This document shows positions 1 through 11,826 of a stretch of 64,000 nt of DNA, piece by piece (position 1 is the stretch's first letter; each line of letters starts with the position of its first letter). The translations under genes and the position numbers were made by a program. Source of the stretch: Candidatus Dietzia intestinipullorum (GTDB lineage: Bacteria; Actinomycetota; Actinomycetes; Mycobacteriales; Mycobacteriaceae); assembly GCA_019119635.1 (NCBI GenBank), contig DWWP01000041.1:19772-83771 (forward strand). The letters run 5' to 3'. Under the pieces are notes generated by a model, which saw nothing but the letters and a program-made list of their open reading frames with translations, was not told the origin of the DNA and ran no database searches.

Positions 1-1
1 G

Positions 2-1432
2 CCGACCACCGGGGGCCGCGTGCTGTCGTACGTCTACGACTCCGGGGTCGAGGGACTGGACGAGCTCGCCGTCCGGGCGTCGGCACTGGCCTACGGCGTC
101 AACGGGCTGGACCCCACCGTCTTCGGTTCGGTCGCCGCCCTCCACGGGGGCATCGTGCGGAGGATGCGTGCGGTATTGGCACCGCCGGACGACGACGAGG
201 TGTTCGGCAGCGTCACTTCGGGCGGGACCGAGAGCTGCCTCCTGGCGTGCCTGGCCGCGCGCGAGGTCCGGGCGCGCACCGCCGGCGACGGGTGCTCGAT
301 CGTCGCGCCGGTGACCGTCCACGCGGCGTTCCGCAAAGCCGCACACGTCCTGGGGATCCGGTTCGTGGGCGTGGAGGTCGACCCCGCCACCGCCCGCGTC
401 TCCGCGGACGACATGCTGGCAGCGGTGGACTCCGACACCTGTCTCGTGGTGTGCTCGGCGCCGTCCTACCCCACCGGGGTGATCGACCCGGTGGTCGACG
501 TGGCCGCCGGGCTCGAGTCCCTCGACCGGAGCATCGGGCTGCACGTGGACGCGTGCCTGGGCGGTCTGGCGCTGCCGTTCTGGCCGGCCTCCCCCGGGGC
601 CGGGCCGGTCACGAATCCGTGGGACCTGCGGGTCCCCCGTGTCACCAGTATCTCCGCCGACCTGCACAAGTACGGGTTCGCGCCTAAGGGCACCTCGGTG
701 CTGCTCAGTCGCGGCCGACAGCGGCATCGCGCCGCGTGGTTCGCCACCACCGACTGGCCGGGGTACCCGGTGGTCAACCCGACCCTCGCGGGCTCCAAGC
801 CCCTCGAGCCGGTAGCGGCCGCGTGGGTCGTGATGGAGGCACTGGGGGACGACGGGCAACGCGAACTCGTGGCGCGGACGGCGCGGGCCACCGAGCGCCT
901 GGCCGCGGGGCTCGCCGAGATCGACGGGCTCCGGCTTCTCGACCGCGATCCGGGGCCCCTCCTGGCCCTCGGCTCGGACGCGTCCCGGCCCGAAGGCCGA
1001 CGCGTCCACCCGCACCTGTGGGCGGACGCGTGCGGCCGTGCCGGCATCGCCGTGCAATGTCAGCCCGGCTACCGACAGACACGCGGGGATATCGCCTCGT
1101 CCGCCCACCTCACCGTCACCCCGGTGACCGAGGAGCTCGTCGAGGAGATCCTCGCTGTCGCCGGCGCGGCGGCCGACGAGGTGCGCGGGCAGCCGGCCCC
1201 CGCTCCCCCCGCCGGGTTCGCCGACGTGCTGGACGCCCTGGACAGCGGCGCCCTCTCGCCCGCGGACATCCTGGCCCTGCCCGAGGACGACGTCCACACC
1301 ATGGTGGCGGCCGTGCTCACCGGAGACGCGGAGCCCGGCATGGCCACCCTGCTCGCCGCGATCGAACGGCTCCCCACGGACGTCGGCGCGCGGCTGGTCC
1401 GGGCGTACCTCGCCGCCGTCATGGAGGGGTGA
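2..1432 (+). CDS. PLP-dependent group II decarboxylase / sphingosine-1-phosphate-lyase-like protein (5' end probably outside the window)
   Basis: The reading frame is open from base 2, and the first in-frame start in the track is GTG at 20. It carries the PLP-lysine motif SADLHKYGFAPKGTSVLL plus GTESCLLA and HVDACLGG, typical of GadB/SPL-type fold-I decarboxylases. GC3 is high. Confidence 0.8.
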   Translation, partial: PTTGGRVLSYVYDSGVEGLDELAVRASALAYGVNGLDPTVFGSVAALHGGIVRRMRAVLAPPDDDEVFGSVTSGGTESCLLACLAAREVRARTAGDGCSIVAPVTVHAAFRKAAHVLGIRFVGVEVDPATARVSADDMLAAVDSDTCLVVCSAPSYPTGVIDPVVDVAAGLESLDRSIGLHVDACLGGLALPFWPASPGAGPVTNPWDLRVPRVTSISADLHKYGFAPKGTSVLLSRGRQRHRAAWFATTDWPGYPVVNPTLAGSKPLEPVAAAWVVMEALGDDGQRELVARTARATERLAAGLAEIDGLRLLDRDPGPLLALGSDASRPEGRRVHPHLWADACGRAGIAVQCQPGYRQTRGDIASSAHLTVTPVTEELVEEILAVAGAAADEVRGQPAPAPPAGFADVLDALDSGALSPADILALPEDDVHTMVAAVLTGDAEPGMATLLAAIERLPTDVGARLVRAYLAAVMEG

Positions 1433-1469
1433 CGGCCCCGAACGGACGGCAGTCGAGTTCGGCTGTTAT

Positions 1470-1575
1470 ATGCGCGAACGTCGCCCTCACTCGCTGCGCT
1501 CCCTCAGGCGAGTTCGACGGCCCGCATGCGCGAACGTCGCCCTCACTCGCTGCGCTCCCTCAGGCGAGTTCGACG
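1470..1575. repeat. Perfect tandem direct duplication (2 x 50 bp, 6-bp spacer, period 56 bp) covering the 3' end of the ABC-F gene
   Basis: 1470-1519 and 1526-1575 both read atgcgcgaacgtcgccctcactcgctgcgctccctcaggcgagttcgacg, 50/50 identical. The right copy contains the stop codon and the last four codons (VELA*) of the minus-strand gene ending at 1560. Confidence 0.95.
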
Positions 1576-3191
1576 ATCTCCATGTATTCCTCGCTCCACA
1601 GGTCCTCCGTGCCATCCGGCAGGATGATGACCCGCTCCGGCTCCAGGGCCTCCACCGCGCCCGGGTCGTGGGTGACCAGGACGACCGCTCCCTCATAGGT
1701 GCGCAGCGCGTCGAGGACCTGCTCGCGCGAGGTCGGATCGAGGTTGTTGGTCGGCTCGTCCAGCAGCAGCACGTTGGCCGCCGAGGACACCAGGCCGGCC
1801 AGTGCCAGCCTGGTCCGCTCACCGCCCGAGAGGGTGCCCGCCGGCTGGTCGAGTTGCGGGCCGGAGAACATGAACGCGCCGAGCAGCCCGCGTAGATCCT
1901 GCTCACCGGCATCCGGGGCGGCGTGCCGGATGTTGTCCCACACGCTGGTGCCCATGTCGAGCGTGTCGTGCTCCTGGGCGAAGTAGCCCACCTTGAGACC
2001 GTGGCCGCTGACGATCCCGCCCTCGCCGTCGGTGCGCTCCACGCCGGCGAGCAGCTTGAGCAGGGTGGTCTTGCCGGCGCCGTTGTAGCCCAGCACCACC
2101 ACGCGGCTGCCCTTGTCGATCGCCAGATCCACCCCGGCGAACACCTCGAGCGACCCGTACATCTTGGTGAGTCCCTCGGCGATCAGCGGGGTCTTGCCGC
2201 ACGCGGCCGGCGTGGGGAACTTGATGCGCGCAGCCTTGTCCGAGACCCGCACCTCGTCCAGCTCGTCGATCATGGCGTCGGCACGGCGGACCATCTGCTT
2301 GGCCGCCGCGGCCTTGGTGGCCTTGGCGCCCAGCTTCGCGGCCTGCATCTTGAGGGCGGAGGCCTTCTTCTCCGCGTTCGCCTTCTCCCGCCGGCGCCGC
2401 GCCTCGTCGGTGGCCCGCGCGTCGAGGTACTTCTGCCACCCCATGTTGTAGGCGTCGATCTCCCCGCGTACCGCGTCGAGGAACCACACCTTGTTGACCA
2501 CAGCCTCGAGGAGCTCGACGTCGTGCGAGATGATGATCAACCCGCCCTCGTGCTTCTCCAGGAACTGACGCAGCCACGTGATGGAGTCGGCGTCGAGATG
2601 GTTGGTGGGCTCGTCGAGCAGCAGGATCGTCTGCGACTTGCCGGCGCCGTCGGATGCGGCGAAGAGGATTCGGGCCAGCTCCACGCGGCGCCGCTGACCG
2701 CCGGACAGCGTACCCAGGTGCTGCGTGAGGATCCGGTCCTCGAGCCCCAGGCTGTGACAGATCCGCGCGGCCTCGCTCTCGGCCTCGTACCCGCCGAGCG
2801 CCGAGAACTCGTCCTCGAGGCGTCCGTACCGCTTGACCGCCCGGTCCAGGACGTCGTCGTCTGCGGCCTCGGCCATCACCGTCTGTGCCTCGGCCATGTC
2901 GGCCATGAGCACGTCCAGGCCCTTGGCGGAGAGCACCCGGCTGCGTGCGAGCTGGTCCATGTTGCCCTCGCGGGGGTCCTGGGGCAGGTAGCCGATGTCT
3001 CCCGAGCGGGTGACCGTGCCCGCGTACGGCTCGCCCTCGCCGGCGAGGATCCTCATCGTCGTCGTCTTCCCGGCGCCGTTCCTGCCGACCAGGCCGATCC
3101 GATCCCCCGGCTGGACACGCAGCGACGACCCGTCCAACTGGAGGAGGGTGCGGACGCCGGCGCGTACCTCGAGGTCGTCGATGGTGATCAC
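1560..3191 (-). CDS. ABC-F family ATPase (soluble tandem-ABC, ribosome-associated type; Rv1473-like by position)
   Basis: Two ABC cassettes are present (GRNGAGKTT...LSGGQRRRVELA...LLLDEPTNHLD and GYNGAGKTT...LSGGERTRLALA...LLLDEPTNNLD), joined by a K/A/R-rich linker, with no TM segments. The start was trimmed from 3485 to GTG 3191, which has GAGG 11 nt upstream and gives 543 aa, the usual ABC-F length. Confidence 0.9.
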   Translation of the reverse strand: MITIDDLEVRAGVRTLLQLDGSSLRVQPGDRIGLVGRNGAGKTTTMRILAGEGEPYAGTVTRSGDIGYLPQDPREGNMDQLARSRVLSAKGLDVLMADMAEAQTVMAEAADDDVLDRAVKRYGRLEDEFSALGGYEAESEAARICHSLGLEDRILTQHLGTLSGGQRRRVELARILFAASDGAGKSQTILLLDEPTNHLDADSITWLRQFLEKHEGGLIIISHDVELLEAVVNKVWFLDAVRGEIDAYNMGWQKYLDARATDEARRRREKANAEKKASALKMQAAKLGAKATKAAAAKQMVRRADAMIDELDEVRVSDKAARIKFPTPAACGKTPLIAEGLTKMYGSLEVFAGVDLAIDKGSRVVVLGYNGAGKTTLLKLLAGVERTDGEGGIVSGHGLKVGYFAQEHDTLDMGTSVWDNIRHAAPDAGEQDLRGLLGAFMFSGPQLDQPAGTLSGGERTRLALAGLVSSAANVLLLDEPTNNLDPTSREQVLDALRTYEGAVVLVTHDPGAVEALEPERVIILPDGTEDLWSEEYMEIVELA

Positions 3192-3315
3192 GTGCGCGGG
3201 TACCTCACTTGCGGGAGAAGGGACGGACTGGGCGGCCGGTGGGCCGACCCGCCACCTTACCGTCGGACCCCGCGACCAGCAAACTCCGGTGACGTGGGTC
3301 TCCGGGGTGCGGAAT

Positions 3316-4095
3316 TCAGCCCAGGCGGCGGCCGTACAGGTTCTGGACCGACCGCCCGAGTCGCCCACGCGCATCAGACAGCCGCGTGTCTGTGAGCACG
3401 CCGCCCCCGGGGCCGCCGACGGTCTCGGAGTCCAGGTGCACCCAGTCGACGTCGGGGTCGCGCACGAGCGAGACCACGAGGTCACAGTTGATCGCCGGGG
3501 ACGCCATCGGATCGGTCGCCATCGAGATACCGCTGGCAGAGTCGGCGACCACCACCGTGTGCTGCCAGCCGGTCATCGTCTCGCCGTCCACCAGTGCGGC
3601 GCGGCTGCGGCCCCACGCCGCGGCCGGCCCGAGCGCCTCCCCGGAGCCGGAGTCGAAGGAGAAGTCCACCACCGACAGGTAGCCGTCCTTGTGGGCGAAC
3701 GGCAGCATCGGACCGCGCTCGCGCGGACGGTCCTCCGTGCCGGGCCCGGCGTGCGAGCCGACGGACGGGAAGTCGTCCGGGGTGGTGCGCATCCGCCAGC
3801 CCCGTGCTACCAGGGCGGGCCGGCCGTCGATCGACGCCGTCGCCTCGAGCAGTTCCACGCTCCGGCCCGGGCGGACCTGCCGGACCTCGATGGTCAGCGG
3901 CGCGATCGGCACGGGGCCGAGGACGTCGACGGAGACCCGGGCGAGTCTGCTCGAGTCCGTCCGCGGTTCCATGGCGCGGACGAGCAGGGCGCTCGGCGGG
4001 CCCGCGTGCTGGGCGTCGGCGCTCCACGGGCCGGCGGTGAGTGGCGAGGACTCGAACCGGCCCTCGTCGGTCTGGCGATAGAACGCGCCGGACAT
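3316..4095 (-). CDS. Thioesterase-like (TesB-like double hot-dog) family protein
   Basis: The N-terminus MSGAFYRQTDEGRFESSPLTAGPWSADAQHAGPPSALL matches my recollection of the actinobacterial acyl-CoA thioesterase-like family. ATG 4095 has an AGGAG Shine-Dalgarno 5 nt upstream, whereas the upstream ATG 4128 has none. Confidence 0.7.
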   Translation of the reverse strand: MSGAFYRQTDEGRFESSPLTAGPWSADAQHAGPPSALLVRAMEPRTDSSRLARVSVDVLGPVPIAPLTIEVRQVRPGRSVELLEATASIDGRPALVARGWRMRTTPDDFPSVGSHAGPGTEDRPRERGPMLPFAHKDGYLSVVDFSFDSGSGEALGPAAAWGRSRAALVDGETMTGWQHTVVVADSASGISMATDPMASPAINCDLVVSLVRDPDVDWVHLDSETVGGPGGGVLTDTRLSDARGRLGRSVQNLYGRRLG

Positions 4096-4151
4096 GTGGC
4101 TCCTCTCGGACAGCGGTAGTGTCCCCACTGATGAATCTTACGGGGGACGGC

Positions 4152-5258
4152 ATGTACGACGTGGCCGTCGTGGGTCTGGGGCCCGCCGGACGCGCGCTCG
4201 CCTCGCGTGGCGCCGCCGCGGGCCTGCGCGTGTTGGCGATCGACCCCGCTCCCGACGTCCGCTGGCGCCGCACGCTGTGCCTGTGGGCGGACGAGCTCCC
4301 GGCGTGGCTCGACGCGGACGTCCTCGCCCACACCGTCCGGAACCCGGCGCTGTACGCGCCGGAGCGCGCCGTGATCGACCGCACCTACGCGGTGTTGGAC
4401 AACGACCGACTGTGGGACGCACTGCCCCTGGGAGACGGGGCGACCGTCGAGCGTCAGGCGCTCAGCGACTCCGAGGTCGCCGGGCTCACCTTGAGGGCCC
4501 ACCGGGTGGTCGACTGCCGCGGCGCGCTGGGCCCCGGCGACCACGGACCGCTCCAGACGGCGTACGGGATCGTCCTCGGCGCGGGATCCGCCTCCCCGGC
4601 GTTGCGGGGGGATCCCGCCGTGTTCATGGACTGGAGAACGGATCACGACGACGACGAGGTCGGCCCGTCCTTCCTGTACGCGATACCCCTCGGACACGAC
4701 AGGGTCCTGCTCGAGGAGACCTGCCTGGCCGGGCGCGACGCCCCCGGGACGCGCCCTCTGCGCGAGCGGCTGCGTTCCCGGCTGATCCGCCGTGGCGTGT
4801 CCGCGGCCGCAGTGGACGACCCGCTGGCCGTTGAGGAGGTACGGATACCGCTCCTCCCGCCGGGGCGCGAGTACGCCGATCCCCGGGTGACGGCGTTCGG
4901 CACCGCCGGCGGGCACGGCCACGCCGCGACCGGCTATTCGGTCGCGGCGAGTCTGGGAGCGGTGCCCGGGGCGGTGAATGCTCTGGTGACCGGCTATCCA
5001 CTCCCCCGGCCGCGGGCGCGGACGACGACCGCGCTCCACCACGCCGGGCTGCGGGCGTTGCTCGGCGCGGAGGACGCGACCCTGCACGGACTCTTCGATG
5101 CGTTCGGCCGGATCGACGAGCGCCGCCAGCGCTGGTTCCTCGGGGGCACGGGGCCCTCCTACCAGGTGGCGTCGTCGATGTGGCAGATGTGGACGCGAAT
5201 GCCCGCCCGGGAACGGGCGGGCATGATCGCGGCTGTCGCCAGAGGGACTAGACGGTGA
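4152..5258 (+). CDS. Lycopene cyclase family protein (CrtL-type FAD-dependent cyclase)
   Basis: It has an N-terminal Rossmann motif DVAVVGLGPAG and the CrtL signature FLYAIPLGHDRVLLEETCL. There are two start options: ATG 4152 with GGGGGA 4 nt upstream, or ATG 4131 with a TAGTGT -10-like hexamer 8 nt upstream (leaderless option). Confidence 0.8.
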   Translation: MYDVAVVGLGPAGRALASRGAAAGLRVLAIDPAPDVRWRRTLCLWADELPAWLDADVLAHTVRNPALYAPERAVIDRTYAVLDNDRLWDALPLGDGATVERQALSDSEVAGLTLRAHRVVDCRGALGPGDHGPLQTAYGIVLGAGSASPALRGDPAVFMDWRTDHDDDEVGPSFLYAIPLGHDRVLLEETCLAGRDAPGTRPLRERLRSRLIRRGVSAAAVDDPLAVEEVRIPLLPPGREYADPRVTAFGTAGGHGHAATGYSVAASLGAVPGAVNALVTGYPLPRPRARTTTALHHAGLRALLGAEDATLHGLFDAFGRIDERRQRWFLGGTGPSYQVASSMWQMWTRMPARERAGMIAAVARGTRR

Positions 5259-5718
5259 ACCCGATGGCCCGGAGCTGCTCCCGGCCATCGTCGGTGATCA
5301 TCTGCGGGCCCCACGGCGGCATCCACACCCAGTTGAGCTCGAGCTCGTTGGCCAGGTCGGAGCCGACGACCGCGCCGCGGGCCTGGTCCTCGATCACGTC
5401 GGTCAGCGGGCAGGCCGCCGAGGTCAGCGTCATGTCGACACGGGCGATCGTCGACCCGGTCGTCTCACCCGGGCGGACCCAGATGTCGTAGACCAGTCCG
5501 AGGTCGACCACGTTGATCCCCAGCTCGGGGTCGACCACGTCACGCATGGCCTCCTCGAGATCGGCGACCAACGCGAGGTCGTCCTCCGACTGCTCGGGAC
5601 GGTTGGGGTCCGGACGGAACTCCCCGTTGTAGGCGGTACCCGCCTCGGTGGGGTTCTCCGCACCCGACATCGGGTCGTCGACCGCGGGGTCGTTTGCGGG
5701 ACTCATCTGCTCAGTCAT
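5248..5718 (-). CDS. sufT: Fe-S cluster assembly protein SufT (DUF59 family)
   Basis: The DUF59 core reads VVDPELGINVVDLGLVYDI...TLTSAACPL. GAGGAG lies 6 nt upstream of ATG 5718. It is the last gene of the suf operon and carries an N-terminal acidic/Pro-rich extension of about 45 aa. Confidence 0.85.
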   Translation of the reverse strand: MTEQMSPANDPAVDDPMSGAENPTEAGTAYNGEFRPDPNRPEQSEDDLALVADLEEAMRDVVDPELGINVVDLGLVYDIWVRPGETTGSTIARVDMTLTSAACPLTDVIEDQARGAVVGSDLANELELNWVWMPPWGPQMITDDGREQLRAIGFTV

Positions 5719-5728
5719 CTCTCACTCC

Positions 5729-8218
<2,490 letters not shown>

Positions 8219-8276
8219 GGAAGGTACTCGCTATCTTCTCTGAAGGGTCGTGGGGATTTCTCTGGCGGAGGCCCGG

Positions 8277-9482
8277 TCACATTCCGGAGGACTGCAGCTC
8301 GGCCTCGACGGCCTCGGTGACCCGCTCGCGGATCTCCGGCACTCCGATGCGGTTGATCACCTCTCCGAAGAAGCCGCGGACGACCAGGCGCCGTGCGACG
8401 TCCTCGGGGATGCCCCGCGACATGAGGTAGAACAGGTGCTCCTCGTCGAACCGGCCGACGGCGCTGGCGTGGCCCGCGCCGGCGATCTCGCCGGTCTCGA
8501 TCTCGAGGTTGGGGACCGAGTCGGCCCGGGCCCCGTCGGTGAGCACGAGGTTGCGGTTCATCTCGTAGGTGTCGGTGCCCTCCGCCGCGGCGCGGATGAG
8601 GACGTCCCCGATCCACACCGTGTGCGCATCGGGCAGATTCGACGTCGCGTCGCCCTGCAGCGCGCCCTTGTAGAGGATCTCGGACTTGCAGTTGGGGACC
8701 GAGTGGTCGACGAGGAGCCTGTGCTCGATGTGCTGCCCGTCGTCCGCGTAGTACAGGCCGTTCAGGGTGACCGTGCCGCCCTGGTCGCTGAAGCCGGCGA
8801 ACGGCGCGATGCGCACGACCTCACCACCGAACGTCACCGCCGTGTAGGTGAGCGAGGCATCCCGGCCCACCAGGAGGTGGTGCCCGGCGAGGTGCACGGC
8901 GTCGTCATCCCAGTCCTGGATGAGGACCACCTCGAGGTGCGCGGAATCGTCCACCAGGAACTCGACGTTCTCGGCGATCGAGCCGCCGCCGCGCTGGTCC
9001 ACGACGAACGTGGCCTTGGCGAACGGGGCGAGGCGGATCTGCATGTGTCCGTAGGCCAGCTCGCCCTCGCCTGGACCGTCGACTGTGATGTGCACGGGCT
9101 CGGCGAGCTCGGTCTCCTTGGCCACACTGATCACCGTGGCCTCGTCGACGGACGAGTACGCCTGTGCGGCGACCCGGTCCCTCGGCGCGCCCGCCTTGCC
9201 GAGACGCTCGTCGTCCGTGCTGACGGTCTCGACGGTCACGCCGTCGCGATCGGGAACGGACACGAGCAGGCGGCCGGTGGCGGCGACGTTGGAGCCGTCA
9301 TGGATCCCACGCAGCCGCTTGAGCGGCGTGAAGCGCCAGATCTCGTCCTTGTGACTGGGCACCTCGAAGGCGTCCACGTCGAAGGAGGAGAACTGGTCGC
9401 CCTTGGTGGAACCCACGGGGACGCCGTAGCGGTCCGTCACCGGTGCGGGTGTCTCCGGGCTGGGGGTGGTGGTGTCGGTCAT
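8277..9482 (-). CDS. sufD: Fe-S cluster assembly protein SufD
   Basis: The C-terminal motif FYLMSRGIPEDVARRLVVRGFF is paralogous to the SufB C-terminus [22 protein letters not shown]. The gene sits between sufB and sufC. Confidence 0.9.
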   Translation of the reverse strand: MTDTTTPSPETPAPVTDRYGVPVGSTKGDQFSSFDVDAFEVPSHKDEIWRFTPLKRLRGIHDGSNVAATGRLLVSVPDRDGVTVETVSTDDERLGKAGAPRDRVAAQAYSSVDEATVISVAKETELAEPVHITVDGPGEGELAYGHMQIRLAPFAKATFVVDQRGGGSIAENVEFLVDDSAHLEVVLIQDWDDDAVHLAGHHLLVGRDASLTYTAVTFGGEVVRIAPFAGFSDQGGTVTLNGLYYADDGQHIEHRLLVDHSVPNCKSEILYKGALQGDATSNLPDAHTVWIGDVLIRAAAEGTDTYEMNRNLVLTDGARADSVPNLEIETGEIAGAGHASAVGRFDEEHLFYLMSRGIPEDVARRLVVRGFFGEVINRIGVPEIRERVTEAVEAELQSSGM

Positions 9483-9487
9483 GGTGG

Positions 9488-10945
9488 TCAGCCCACCGAT
9501 CCTTCCATCTGCAGTTCGATCAGGCGGTTGAGCTCGAGGGCGTACTCCATGGGGAGTTCCTTGGCGATCGGCTCGACGAATCCGCGCACGATCATCGCCA
9601 TGGCCTCCTCCTCGGCGAGCCCGCGGCTCATGAGGTAGAAGAGCTGGTCCTGGCTCACCTTGGAGACCGTGGCCTCGTGCCCCAGCGTGACGTCATCCTC
9701 GCGGATGTCGATGTAGGGGTAGGTGTCGGACCGGCTGACGTTGTCCACCAGGAGCGCGTCGCACTCCACATTGGACTTGGAGCCCTTGGAACCCGGGTTG
9801 ACCTGGATCAGACCGCGGTATGCGGAGCGTCCGCCCCCTCGGGCCACCGACTTGGAGACGATGTTCGACGAGGTGTTGGGGGCCAGATGCAGCATCTTGG
9901 AGCCGGTGTCCTGGTGCTGCCCCTCGCCCGCGAACGCGACCGAGAGGACCTCGCCCTTGGCGTGCTCGCCGGTGAGCCACACGGCCGGGTACTTCATGGT
10001 GACCTTGGAGCCGATGTTGCCGTCGATCCACTCCATGGTCGCGCCCTCTTCGGCCTTGGCGCGCTTGGTGACCAGGTTGTAGACGTTGTTCGACCAGTTC
10101 TGGATGGTCGTGTAGCGGCACCGGCCGCCCTTCTTGACCACGATCTCGACGACCGCGGAGTGCAGCGAGTCCGACGTGTAGATCGGCGCCGTGCAGCCCT
10201 CGACGTAGTGGACGTAGGCGTCCTCGTCGACGATGATCAGCGTCCGCTCGAACTGGCCCATGTTCTCGGTGTTGATCCGGAAGTAGGCCTGCAGCGGGAT
10301 GTCCACGTGGACGCCCGGCGGCACGTAGATGAACGAGCCACCCGACCACACCGCGGTGTTGAGGGCGGAGAACTTGTTGTCGCCCGACGGGATGACCGAG
10401 CCGAAGTACTCCTCGAAGATCTCGGGGTGCTCCTTGAGCGCGGTGTCGGTGTCCATGAAGATGACACCCTGGCTCTCCAGGTCCTCACGGATCTGGTGGT
10501 ACACCACCTCGGACTCGTACTGCGCAGCCACACCGGCGACGAGCCGCTGCTTTTCCGCCTCGGGGATGCCGAGCTTGTCGTACGTGTTCTTGATGTCCTC
10601 GGGCAGGTCCTCCCAGCTGGTGGCCTGCTGCTCGGTCGAGCGCACGAAGTACTTGATGTTGTCGAAGTCGATCCCGGAGAGGTCGGAGCCCCACTTCGGC
10701 ATCGGCTTCTTGTCGAAGATCCTGAGAGCCTTCAGACGCTTGTCGAGCATCCAGTCGGTCTCGTTCTTCTTGGAGGAGATGTCACGAACCACCGCCTCGG
10801 ACAGACCGCGCTGGGCGGCGGCCCCGGCGTCGTCCGAGTCGTGCCAGCCGTAGTTGTACTGGCCGATGGAAGCGATCCGCTCCTCATCGGTGGTCGGCTC
10901 GTGCCCGGTGACGTCGGCCGTCACCTGATCTGGGGTGATGGTCAT
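9488..10945 (-). CDS. sufB: Fe-S cluster assembly protein SufB (no intein)
   Basis: The start was trimmed from 11191 to ATG 10945, which has AAGGA 7 nt upstream and an ATGA overlap with the sufR stop. This gives a contiguous 485-aa SufB ([10 protein letters not shown]...FYLMSRG...). Confidence 0.93.
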   Translation of the reverse strand: MTITPDQVTADVTGHEPTTDEERIASIGQYNYGWHDSDDAGAAAQRGLSEAVVRDISSKKNETDWMLDKRLKALRIFDKKPMPKWGSDLSGIDFDNIKYFVRSTEQQATSWEDLPEDIKNTYDKLGIPEAEKQRLVAGVAAQYESEVVYHQIREDLESQGVIFMDTDTALKEHPEIFEEYFGSVIPSGDNKFSALNTAVWSGGSFIYVPPGVHVDIPLQAYFRINTENMGQFERTLIIVDEDAYVHYVEGCTAPIYTSDSLHSAVVEIVVKKGGRCRYTTIQNWSNNVYNLVTKRAKAEEGATMEWIDGNIGSKVTMKYPAVWLTGEHAKGEVLSVAFAGEGQHQDTGSKMLHLAPNTSSNIVSKSVARGGGRSAYRGLIQVNPGSKGSKSNVECDALLVDNVSRSDTYPYIDIREDDVTLGHEATVSKVSQDQLFYLMSRGLAEEEAMAMIVRGFVEPIAKELPMEYALELNRLIELQMEGSVG

Positions 10946-11679
10946 CGCACAGTCCTTTCGGCGGTCGCGGCCGACGCGTCTGCGTCGACCGGTGCGGGAA
11001 TGGTGGCCGTGAGACTCTCCATGGACACCGTCCCCGAGGGGATGTTCGTCGTGCAGGCGCAGTTGCCGCCTGCGATCGTGGCGAGGCGCTGGACGTGGCT
11101 GCCGACGATCTCGGAGACCATGTCCTGTTCCGCCTCGCACAATTCGGGGAAACGTGAGGCCACGTTCCATACGGGGCAGTGATGCTGGCACAGCTGCAGC
11201 CCCGTTCCCACCTCCTCGACGGAGGTGGCGTATCCGGCGCCCGTGAGGGCGACGGCGATCTCGTCCGCGGCGCGCTGCACGTCGGCGGCGTCCTCGGCCG
11301 GGCGGACGTGGCCGATGACCGAGCGGATCCGGTCGCGGGCGAACTGTGTCACCGCAGCGGAGCCACCGACGCGCCGCAGCGCGGTGAGCGCCTCCACGGC
11401 GAGGTGATCATATCCGTGGTCGGCCGTGCGGCGCCCCGTCGCGGTCACCTGGAACGCCTTGGCGGGCCTTCCCCGGGTTCCGGCGTGGCGGGTGCGGACG
11501 GCTTCGACCTCGCCGGACTCGGCGAGATGGTCCAGGTGACGGCGGACGCCCGCTGCGGTGAGGCCGAGGGTACGGCCGATCTCGGCAGCTGTGAGGGCCC
11601 CGCGTTCGAGGAGTAGCTCGCGGACCGCCGAGCGGGTGTCGGGGCGTGCACCGGTCTCGTACACGTGTTGCACGCTCAT
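10942..11679 (-). CDS. sufR: Transcriptional regulator SufR (winged-HTH with C-terminal Cys cluster)
   Basis: The HTH reads [30 protein letters not shown], and five Cys lie in the last ~60 aa (CQHHC...LCEAE...NCAC). ATG 11679 is preceded by GGAAGGGGG. It is the first gene of the suf operon. Confidence 0.85.
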   Translation of the reverse strand: MSVQHVYETGARPDTRSAVRELLLERGALTAAEIGRTLGLTAAGVRRHLDHLAESGEVEAVRTRHAGTRGRPAKAFQVTATGRRTADHGYDHLAVEALTALRRVGGSAAVTQFARDRIRSVIGHVRPAEDAADVQRAADEIAVALTGAGYATSVEEVGTGLQLCQHHCPVWNVASRFPELCEAEQDMVSEIVGSHVQRLATIAGGNCACTTNIPSGTVSMESLTATIPAPVDADASAATAERTVR

Positions 11680-11749
11680 GGGCCACCCCCTTCCGGTTAT
11701 GCTCGGTGCGCCCTGTGGGGGAAGCACTGCTGTGGGTTTCACTGCCTTC

Positions 11750-11776
11750 ATATTACGCAACACATCTGTGACGTAA
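11750..11776 (-). promoter_or_regulatory. Candidate sufR promoter with overlapping palindromic operator
   Basis: This is the only AT-rich patch of the 147-bp divergent gap. On the minus strand it reads TTTACG-(16 nt)-TAATAT. The spacer holds the palindrome CACAGATGTG nested in TTACG...CGTAA (11753-11776). This resembles the ACAC..TGTG-type SufR boxes I recall from mycobacteria. Confidence 0.4.
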
Positions 11777-11826
11777 ATATTCCCACCCCCGGGCGGACGC
11801 GTTCACGGAGAAAGGGTGACGGCCGG

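Noticed and set aside
3192-3485. A possible long N-terminal extension, or a leader peptide/attenuator, upstream of the ABC-F gene as seen for antibiotic-resistance ABC-F genes.
   Set aside because: The extension (MTSWSRSCATPTST...) has no homology-like features and would make the protein about 100 aa too long. The 124-bp upstream region contains only ambiguous short GC hairpins (GGTGG...CCACC and GGCGG...CCGCC). I found no short ORF with an RBS. There is not enough evidence for an attenuator.
8250-11182. Two long plus-strand ORFs (8250..9638, 462 aa; 9443..11182, 579 aa).
   Set aside because: They are antisense to sufD and sufB, have low-complexity G/R/D/V-rich products and show no motifs. 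The minus-strand genes have unambiguous Suf signatures.
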